DNA of 32,666 nucleotides from an uncultured Candidatus Saccharibacteria bacterium (GTDB taxonomy: Bacteria; Patescibacteriota; Dojkabacteria; SC72). The notes under the pieces were generated by a model. That model made no database searches. It saw only the letters and a program-made list of their open reading frames with translations, and had not been told where the DNA came from. The stretch spans positions 11,168 to 43,833 of the forward strand of contig CAZULJ010000005.1 of NCBI GenBank assembly GCA_964621195.1, read 5' to 3'. This document shows, piece by piece, positions 8,757-16,210 of the stretch (position 1 is the stretch's first letter; the number at the start of each line of letters is the position of its first letter). The position numbers were made by a program, and so were the translations under genes.

Positions 8757-11139
8757 AAAAATATTTCAAAAAATTCTACTTTTATTATTACTTCCATTGC
8801 TAATCTTTATAAGCAAATCAGACACTTATGCACAAAGTACATACGATTGTACTCGTTGGGGTATGTATTGTCAGTTACCTGGAGGTATAATAAATGGTTT
8901 TTGGTATGAATGGTACTGGGGAGGATGCAGAAGATACCCAGATTCTGGAGGGTGGACTTGGCGTTGTACCGGTACAGATTCAGATTGTACAGAAAGTAGA
9001 TATAGGACTTACTACAGCTCTGAAGATGATTGTCTTGCCGGTAGAGATCCTAAGGGTACTGGCTGTTGCGGTAGTACTCCAACAATTCCACCTTGTAATG
9101 ATTGTACACTAGGCTCTTGTCCTGCTCCGCTAACAGAAACAGGTCTTGAGGAGTTCAAACTTTTGAATTATCGTGTATGCCAAAGAACAGGTAGCTGTGC
9201 GGGTCCTAAATACGGAGATTGTTACGAGAACAAAACAGGATCCGACCCAACAGCAAGTATTCAAGTATTCCCCGATGGTGTAGCCTCTACCCTTGGTTGT
9301 GTCTCTAATACCTACTCTAGCACCTATGTAAACAACAGAGTTAATATGGTAGGAACATATACAGACGCAGATGGGGGAACAGATATAGAAGCGATATACG
9401 TGTGGTTTAAAACGGATATTACAACCCCTAATACCCCTAAGTATATAGACCTAAATAACGATTCGGGTCAAACAGGTAGAACATACACAAGTAATAGCTT
9501 TGGCTTCATGATGCACAAAGAGGGAGGCAACTGGGTAGCATATGTTCCTAGCCTTGTAGGTGGAGGTAGTGATAAATGGGTAAGAGCTAGCATGTCAGGT
9601 AGTAACTTTGATATTTTGGGTCCTAGTGGTAGTGCATTAATCCGTATAGAGAATCCAGTAACAAATATTTCTGGTAACAATGTAACCTTAAACTTCTATG
9701 CCCACTTTGGTCCATCAGCAGCTAGTGATGGCTTGTACAACATATTTGTAATGGCTAATGATGTATTTGGATTTACCCCCTATGACAACTACGGTCCAGG
9801 AGTAACTAAGATGGGAGATTACTTTGATGAGGAAGAGATAAGGTATCATCAGGTATGGAGTGACAGTAGTAGAGATTGGGGATTGGACAAGATCTCCCCT
9901 ACCATCTCTTACTTAAATACTGAAGTTACTGCTCCTACTAAGATAAAGTTCTCTTGGGAAGCGGGTGATTTAAGGAACATTTATGGCATAGTTGGAAATC
10001 TATACAGATCTGATGGAGTTGTTAACTTTGAATCAGTACGAGATGTTACGTTAACATCTCTTGGGACAAAAACGGTTAATACCCCGTACCTACCAGAAGA
10101 ATTGGGCGAAAACGTTGTAGGTCATCTCAACAATGAATTTTTTGTAAGAGCGATGACACCTGGTAGTGTAAATCTTACAGGCGAGGTTGAAATGAACGTT
10201 GGTAGTAATAGAGAGGGCAGTATAATTTACTATGTTACTGCATTCGATATTGCATGCAATCCAGGAGCATTGTATTCAACATATGATCTTGAAGACTGGA
10301 TTATTACCTATGGAGGACTACTCTATTCTTCTACAGGTATAGAGTTTTATGTAAAGAATGTTGATGACCCAAATCTCTGGAATCCGGTGCTACTCTTAAA
10401 CAAAATCAGTCCACTATTTGCCGACATTTCAAGCGAATTGTATGGTAATGCTCTCAGTTTTCCATCTCCTTTGGAAAAGAGTGTTCAAAACAAATCCTTC
10501 TCTGTTAGCCCATTTGTAGCCTACAAGAGCTTTGACTTCTACAACGACTTGAGAAGGAGCTACGAAAGAAGAGAATTAGGTTTGCCCTCGAGTGTCAGCA
10601 GGTTAAATCCAAGTATATCTACTCTAACTGGTTACCTAAGTGGATATGGATCTGGTTCGGTTAAGGTCTTAAATAGAGTTGGAGATCTTACAATTGGAGA
10701 TACAAATGCTTTCTACTGCGATCAAAAAGGTTTGTTTTTCGTAAGTGGAGACTTGATAGTGAATCATGAAATATTGAATTCTGATAGAAACTCCGATGCA
10801 TGTATTTTTGTTGTAGATGGGGATATGATAATTAATCCTGGACCAGATTCTACGAATGGCGCGATTGGGACCTTGGGATATGATGAATTGAATGGATACT
10901 TCTTAGTGAATGGTTCTGTAACTATCAACGAAGACCCTTTCTACAATGGATTGTATATTAATGGAGGTATTCAATCTCTTGGTGGTATAGATATGAACAG
11001 GTATCTTGGACTTGATCATAGAAGCTTGTATCCTTTATTTTTTGTTGAGAACAGCTCAAAATATGGGTATACAAGTAGTGAATTAATTGGAGATCAAATA
11101 GATATTGTAAAGGTTGAACCAGGATACAAACCATATTAA
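8749..11139 (+). CDS. Secreted Cys-rich modular protein, putative adhesin (cassette 1)
   Basis: Sec-type signal (..SDTYA|Q), Trp/Tyr/Cys-rich N-terminal domain, one Cys repeat, beta-rich core, C-terminal domain with repeated (F/V)V.G.L.I motifs. Ends IDIVKVEPGYKPY. Confidence 0.75.
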   Translation: MSRKIFQKILLLLLLPLLIFISKSDTYAQSTYDCTRWGMYCQLPGGIINGFWYEWYWGGCRRYPDSGGWTWRCTGTDSDCTESRYRTYYSSEDDCLAGRDPKGTGCCGSTPTIPPCNDCTLGSCPAPLTETGLEEFKLLNYRVCQRTGSCAGPKYGDCYENKTGSDPTASIQVFPDGVASTLGCVSNTYSSTYVNNRVNMVGTYTDADGGTDIEAIYVWFKTDITTPNTPKYIDLNNDSGQTGRTYTSNSFGFMMHKEGGNWVAYVPSLVGGGSDKWVRASMSGSNFDILGPSGSALIRIENPVTNISGNNVTLNFYAHFGPSAASDGLYNIFVMANDVFGFTPYDNYGPGVTKMGDYFDEEEIRYHQVWSDSSRDWGLDKISPTISYLNTEVTAPTKIKFSWEAGDLRNIYGIVGNLYRSDGVVNFESVRDVTLTSLGTKTVNTPYLPEELGENVVGHLNNEFFVRAMTPGSVNLTGEVEMNVGSNREGSIIYYVTAFDIACNPGALYSTYDLEDWIITYGGLLYSSTGIEFYVKNVDDPNLWNPVLLLNKISPLFADISSELYGNALSFPSPLEKSVQNKSFSVSPFVAYKSFDFYNDLRRSYERRELGLPSSVSRLNPSISTLTGYLSGYGSGSVKVLNRVGDLTIGDTNAFYCDQKGLFFVSGDLIVNHEILNSDRNSDACIFVVDGDMIINPGPDSTNGAIGTLGYDELNGYFLVNGSVTINEDPFYNGLYINGGIQSLGGIDMNRYLGLDHRSLYPLFFVENSSKYGYTSSELIGDQIDIVKVEPGYKPY
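9547..10424 (+). repeat. 878-bp direct repeat, copy 1 (identical to 13594..14471)
   Basis: Line-by-line manual comparison found no mismatch. Constant offset 4047 nt, no indels. Confidence 0.92.
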
Positions 11140-11219
11140 GAAAATATATAGAACTCTTTAAACTTTCATGTAATAATGGATTTGTAAAGAGGAAGGTGTA
11201 ATTTTTTACTAAAAATTAA

Positions 11220-12887
11220 ATGCTGCCTATTAAAAAATATATCCTAATATTCTTAGCTATAATCGCTGGAATCTTAGCTATCTTCTTTGGCTACACATAC
11301 TATTTAATGGTGACTTCTAATGGCTCTCATCTTACTATGTTTGTTGAGACAAAAGAGGATGTTTTAGGCCAGAAGATTAGAACAGATTTCCCTATCCAAG
11401 GTGAAGATGATATTACATACGTGTTCCCTGTTGTTTTTGAAAAAGTATTAGAAACAGATTCCGTATACAAATTTACTCTTTCTCCTACTGTATTCCCGAA
11501 AGACTCTGTTCGTGGTGAGAAATTTGAGTATGAGTTGGGTAAAGATAAATATGAGGGAGACATTGATATCAAAAGTATTGAACCAGGGGCAAAGGTATAT
11601 ATAAATCTCCAGTATGATTTGTCAAAGAATTTAAGATACTTCCTTGAATACTCCGTTTGTACTGTAAAGAAGGCTTACTCTGATCTCTTCAAATTAGATT
11701 TAACCTGTGGAAGAGGCAATTGTATAGTAAATCGTGATATTGATAATTGGGATATAAAGAAAATATCAAGCGAGATTACTGAGAAAGTAGAATATTTTGA
11801 AAGTTACAATCCGGAGGAGCTATCTACAAGATTGTTAAATTTCTTCATTACAGATGATTTCGGATATTTCAATCCTGAGGCTTTTAGATATGTATCTACT
11901 CAAACATCAAGGCCTGATGGAACATTTAGTTTCGCAACTCAGAGCATTAACAATCCTCAGGATGGTAAAAACAGTACACCTTCAATATTTTGGCTACTTA
12001 CGGGTGTCTCTGGAGCTTTAGAAAGAGAGGATATCGATTTAGAAGGGTACATGTCTACTGTTTTAGGATATTTAGATGGTGAGACATACGGTGAGGCATA
12101 CTTCCAGAACTGTACCGCATCTTCGTATATTATTGAAAACTTAAAATCTTGTTCATCTCAGTCTTGTGAAGGTGTAAAAAAGAAGGCATTCGAATATTGC
12201 GAGGAGACATTACAAACTGCTATCGCTAAGTACGATACCACTGCCCAAGCATTTTCCCAATATACAAGAAAATCGATATTGAGAGGATATCTCTTCGGTA
12301 TTTCTTCGGAAATGATTAAATACAACAAGATTGCACAGGCAATGGGTCTCGAACCAAAGTATACAATGAACGATTTGAGTTCTTTCTATGAGAAGGGTAA
12401 AGGGGTCTTAGGAAATTCAGAGGAGATTTTACCAATCTGTTATCAATTGAAATCGGCAAAAGACATATACAATGAATATCCTTTAGATTCTTTGCTTTTA
12501 GATATTGAGATATTGTATGGAAAGATTGATGGCTTAGAAACCATCTGCGACAAAGATTCTAGAAATACTTTCTGTGAGTTATCAATATCCGAAAAATTAG
12601 TATGTGTTGATGCATTAATGGGTTACAAGAATATTGAGGCAAAAAATCTTCTTTCGGATATTTTCTACAGACATTACTTTGAGAGTCCTGGGGCGGTGAA
12701 GATGGTGACATATGAAAACTGGAGATTCTCACCATTTAGTGAAGAAAATCCTAACTCTTATACGAAGATTGAAGATTATGGATATTTGACATCTATCGTT
12801 GATGATGAGGGATTTGTAACACACTCTGCACATATTGGTGATTCATATTACTTTATAAATTTACTGAGACTTTTAAACAATGAGTAA
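11220..12887 (+). CDS. Hypothetical single-pass membrane protein, cassette 2 partner (555 aa, Cys-containing, not obviously homologous to the other two partners)
   Basis: N-terminal TM helix, beta-like N-terminal part, helical-looking C-terminal part with many Cys. 8-nt overlap with the next gene. Confidence 0.72.
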   Translation: MLPIKKYILIFLAIIAGILAIFFGYTYYLMVTSNGSHLTMFVETKEDVLGQKIRTDFPIQGEDDITYVFPVVFEKVLETDSVYKFTLSPTVFPKDSVRGEKFEYELGKDKYEGDIDIKSIEPGAKVYINLQYDLSKNLRYFLEYSVCTVKKAYSDLFKLDLTCGRGNCIVNRDIDNWDIKKISSEITEKVEYFESYNPEELSTRLLNFFITDDFGYFNPEAFRYVSTQTSRPDGTFSFATQSINNPQDGKNSTPSIFWLLTGVSGALEREDIDLEGYMSTVLGYLDGETYGEAYFQNCTASSYIIENLKSCSSQSCEGVKKKAFEYCEETLQTAIAKYDTTAQAFSQYTRKSILRGYLFGISSEMIKYNKIAQAMGLEPKYTMNDLSSFYEKGKGVLGNSEEILPICYQLKSAKDIYNEYPLDSLLLDIEILYGKIDGLETICDKDSRNTFCELSISEKLVCVDALMGYKNIEAKNLLSDIFYRHYFESPGAVKMVTYENWRFSPFSEENPNSYTKIEDYGYLTSIVDDEGFVTHSAHIGDSYYFINLLRLLNNE

Positions 12888-15165
12888 AGTAATTAAATAT
12901 TTAAAGGTATTCTCAATATTGTTGCTATCTGTTGCTACTGTATTGATTTTGAAAAATGACAACCTATATGCTTGGAACGGATGTTGTTCCCCCTCTTCTC
13001 AATGGTCTGGAACATTATGGAATGGATGCTGTTACTCTGGTGGTGGTGGTGATAACTGTTGCTCCTTGGGCGATGCCATTGCTTCTGGTTGTGAAGGTAT
13101 TCTTCCATGTCCGAACTGTCAAGGTGGTGATCCACCATGTGAGGAGTGCACGCTAGGTAGTTGTCCAGCTCCTTTAACTAATACAGGTGATCCTGAGTTT
13201 AAGCTTGAGGATTACAGAAGGTGCCAGAATGGTGAATATTGTGATGATGAATGGAAATACGGAGATTGCTATGAAAACAAAACAGGATCTGATCCAACAG
13301 CTAGTATCCAGGTATTCCCTGATGGAGTAGCCTCCACCCTTGGTTGTGTGTCTAATACCTACTCTAGTACCTATGTAAACAACCGAGTTAATATGGTAGG
13401 CACATACACTGATGCAGATGGAGGAACAGATATAGAAGCGATATACGTATGGTTTAAAACAGAGAGTGCAATCCCTAATACCCCTAAGTATATAGACTTG
13501 AATAACGATTCGGGTCAAACAGGTAGTACGTACACAAGTAATAGCTTTGGATTCATGATGCACAAAGAAGGCGGTAGCTGGGTCGCGTATGTACCTAGCC
13601 TTGTAGGTGGAGGTAGTGATAAATGGGTAAGAGCTAGCATGTCAGGTAGTAACTTTGATATTTTGGGTCCTAGTGGTAGTGCATTAATCCGTATAGAGAA
13701 TCCAGTAACAAATATTTCTGGTAACAATGTAACCTTAAACTTCTATGCCCACTTTGGTCCATCAGCAGCTAGTGATGGCTTGTACAACATATTTGTAATG
13801 GCTAATGATGTATTTGGATTTACCCCCTATGACAACTACGGTCCAGGAGTAACTAAGATGGGAGATTACTTTGATGAGGAAGAGATAAGGTATCATCAGG
13901 TATGGAGTGACAGTAGTAGAGATTGGGGATTGGACAAGATCTCCCCTACCATCTCTTACTTAAATACTGAAGTTACTGCTCCTACTAAGATAAAGTTCTC
14001 TTGGGAAGCGGGTGATTTAAGGAACATTTATGGCATAGTTGGAAATCTATACAGATCTGATGGAGTTGTTAACTTTGAATCAGTACGAGATGTTACGTTA
14101 ACATCTCTTGGGACAAAAACGGTTAATACCCCGTACCTACCAGAAGAATTGGGCGAAAACGTTGTAGGTCATCTCAACAATGAATTTTTTGTAAGAGCGA
14201 TGACACCTGGTAGTGTAAATCTTACAGGCGAGGTTGAAATGAACGTTGGTAGTAATAGAGAGGGCAGTATAATTTACTATGTTACTGCATTCGATATTGC
14301 ATGCAATCCAGGAGCATTGTATTCAACATATGATCTTGAAGACTGGATTATTACCTATGGAGGACTACTCTATTCTTCTACAGGTATAGAGTTTTATGTA
14401 AAGAATGTTGATGACCCAAATCTCTGGAATCCGGTGCTACTCTTAAACAAAATCAGTCCACTATTTGCCGATATTTCAACCGAAATGTATGGTAACTCTT
14501 TGAGTAATCCTGGTGTATTAGATAAGAGCAATGTGACGAAGTCTTACAGTATTAGTCCGTTTACGGGATACACAGTCTATGATTTCTATAAAGATGTAAA
14601 AACAACCTTTGAAAGAAGGGAATTAGGAATCGAAAATATTGTGAGATTAAACCCCTCAACATCTTCTCTTACTGGGAGTTTAGGTGGGGGGACAGTTAAA
14701 GTATTAGATAGAAATGGGAATCTTACAGTTGGTGATGCTAATCCTTTTGTTTGTAGCGGTAAGGGAATATTCTTTGTAAGTGGTAATTTGACAATAAATA
14801 ACTCAATACTTAATTCTGATCTGGCATCTGATGCATGTATTTTTGTTGTAGATGGAGATATGATAATAAATCCTGGTAGAGATTCCTCGGGGGGATTGAT
14901 AGGGTATGACGAATTGAATGGGTATTTCCTAATCAATGGAAATATAATTATCAATGAAGATAGCGCATTTGATGGGATATATGTTAGTGGCGGTCTGCAA
15001 TCTCTCGGTGGTTTTGAGATGAGTAGATACTTGGGTCTCGCATATAGAGATATGCATCCACTACTTGTAGTAAACCATCACTCAAAATATGGAATATTTA
15101 GTAGTACACTAATTGGAACTCCAATTGATATTGTAAAAACTGAGGTAGGTTTTAAGATATATTAA
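12880..15165 (+). CDS. Secreted Cys-rich modular protein, putative adhesin (cassette 2), paralog of 8749..11139
   Basis: Signal ..DNLYA|W, distinct short tip with WNGCC twice, one Cys repeat, core nearly identical to cassette 1. Ends IDIVKTEVGFKIY. Confidence 0.75.
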   Translation: MSKVIKYLKVFSILLLSVATVLILKNDNLYAWNGCCSPSSQWSGTLWNGCCYSGGGGDNCCSLGDAIASGCEGILPCPNCQGGDPPCEECTLGSCPAPLTNTGDPEFKLEDYRRCQNGEYCDDEWKYGDCYENKTGSDPTASIQVFPDGVASTLGCVSNTYSSTYVNNRVNMVGTYTDADGGTDIEAIYVWFKTESAIPNTPKYIDLNNDSGQTGSTYTSNSFGFMMHKEGGSWVAYVPSLVGGGSDKWVRASMSGSNFDILGPSGSALIRIENPVTNISGNNVTLNFYAHFGPSAASDGLYNIFVMANDVFGFTPYDNYGPGVTKMGDYFDEEEIRYHQVWSDSSRDWGLDKISPTISYLNTEVTAPTKIKFSWEAGDLRNIYGIVGNLYRSDGVVNFESVRDVTLTSLGTKTVNTPYLPEELGENVVGHLNNEFFVRAMTPGSVNLTGEVEMNVGSNREGSIIYYVTAFDIACNPGALYSTYDLEDWIITYGGLLYSSTGIEFYVKNVDDPNLWNPVLLLNKISPLFADISTEMYGNSLSNPGVLDKSNVTKSYSISPFTGYTVYDFYKDVKTTFERRELGIENIVRLNPSTSSLTGSLGGGTVKVLDRNGNLTVGDANPFVCSGKGIFFVSGNLTINNSILNSDLASDACIFVVDGDMIINPGRDSSGGLIGYDELNGYFLINGNIIINEDSAFDGIYVSGGLQSLGGFEMSRYLGLAYRDMHPLLVVNHHSKYGIFSSTLIGTPIDIVKTEVGFKIY
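13594..14471 (+). repeat. 878-bp direct repeat, copy 2 (identical to 9547..10424)
   Basis: As for copy 1. Confidence 0.92.
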
Positions 15166-15173
15166 AAACTTGA

Positions 15174-16208
15174 ATGAAAATACTTGTTAGTAAAAAAACA
15201 TCTGTAATATTTACAATGCTTGGTGTTATTCTTGTTCTTTCATCTGTTCTGGGAGGGTATTATCTCTATGAGAGAAATGTAATCATAAATGGTCAGTATG
15301 AATTAGATAAATACAGAGAGGAAACCGAGCTATGTACAAGAGAAGGTTTTTTTGGAAAGTTGAATTTTCGCTGTGAAGGATACATAGATATTTACCAAGA
15401 AAAGGATGGTAGAGATTGTTTCTCAATGGCTTTATTAAGTCCAGAAAAGGAGCTCTACTATAAGGAGATATGTGAACCAAAAGATTCCATAGAGTGGGAT
15501 AGAGGGACAATGATTTCTGAGAAAAAAGTCCCAGTATTTGTAGAGTTTTCATATTCAAGGCCAATGTTCGGTGGTTATGTCATAGATAGCATCAAATACA
15601 CCCTTATGTCCGATGAAGAGATTCAGAATTTTGCAGGCAAACTTGTGGAAGAAAGAATACCTGTACCTCATCTACGTACCCAACTAGAAGAGGATCTGGA
15701 ATATAAAGGTTACTATTTATCAAATGAACTTGAAGTTGCTGGGGGGGGAGGCCTAAGTTTTTTTGTACTCTTTAGTGCCAGTATAAAAGAAGTCGCGGTA
15801 TTGGGTGATAATTTAAGTATTACAGTACAGTTCTCAAACGAAGGTAAGGAATATGAATCAGTTTTTGTTGTAAAATCGGTTATGTTCCAAAAGGATATGT
15901 CTACAAATTACATCTCTTTAGATGTGAGTAACATTCAGGACTATGAATTCTCCGATTCTTCTCAAATCCTCTTGATGTATCTTGGAGAAGACACCAACCT
16001 TAGAAAGGAAGAGATTCTTTCCTACTGTTCTTCAGGTAATATATTGGCTGAATTCTTCTCCATTTGTTCAATAGTTGAAGATATTAATATAGATTCTTAC
16101 CGTATTGCAAATGCCGAAGAATACTTTAGATCTTCTTTAGAAAAGAATGCTGATGGCTTCGTTGATCTTGATAAGTTTCTGCTAAGTGGAATTCTTTTTA
16201 GATTGTAG
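15174..16208 (+). CDS. Hypothetical single-pass membrane protein, cassette 3 partner (paralog of 7728..8756)
   Basis: Shares DC..., KEICE...IEWD, PV(Y/F).EF.Y and M(T/S)D(D/E)E plus a C-terminal Cys pair with 7728..8756. Contains a G8 run at 15741-15748. Confidence 0.75.
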   Translation: MKILVSKKTSVIFTMLGVILVLSSVLGGYYLYERNVIINGQYELDKYREETELCTREGFFGKLNFRCEGYIDIYQEKDGRDCFSMALLSPEKELYYKEICEPKDSIEWDRGTMISEKKVPVFVEFSYSRPMFGGYVIDSIKYTLMSDEEIQNFAGKLVEERIPVPHLRTQLEEDLEYKGYYLSNELEVAGGGGLSFFVLFSASIKEVAVLGDNLSITVQFSNEGKEYESVFVVKSVMFQKDMSTNYISLDVSNIQDYEFSDSSQILLMYLGEDTNLRKEEILSYCSSGNILAEFFSICSIVEDINIDSYRIANAEEYFRSSLEKNADGFVDLDKFLLSGILFRL

Positions 16209-16210
16209 AA

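Noticed and set aside
10795-10841. 47-nt near-identical patch with 14830..14876 (DACIFVVDGDMIINPG)
   Set aside because: It could be a small conversion tract, but it is too short to separate from strong protein conservation plus codon bias.
9208-13593. Diversity-generating retroelement TR/VR pair as the explanation for the near-identical paralog segments
   Set aside because: Mismatches are mostly third-codon-position changes involving all four bases rather than adenine-specific, and no reverse transcriptase is in the window.
9468-13727. Twin antisense ORFs 9468..9680 and 13515..13727 (70 aa)
   Set aside because: They are shadows of the duplicated + strand sequence and have no independent coding signal.
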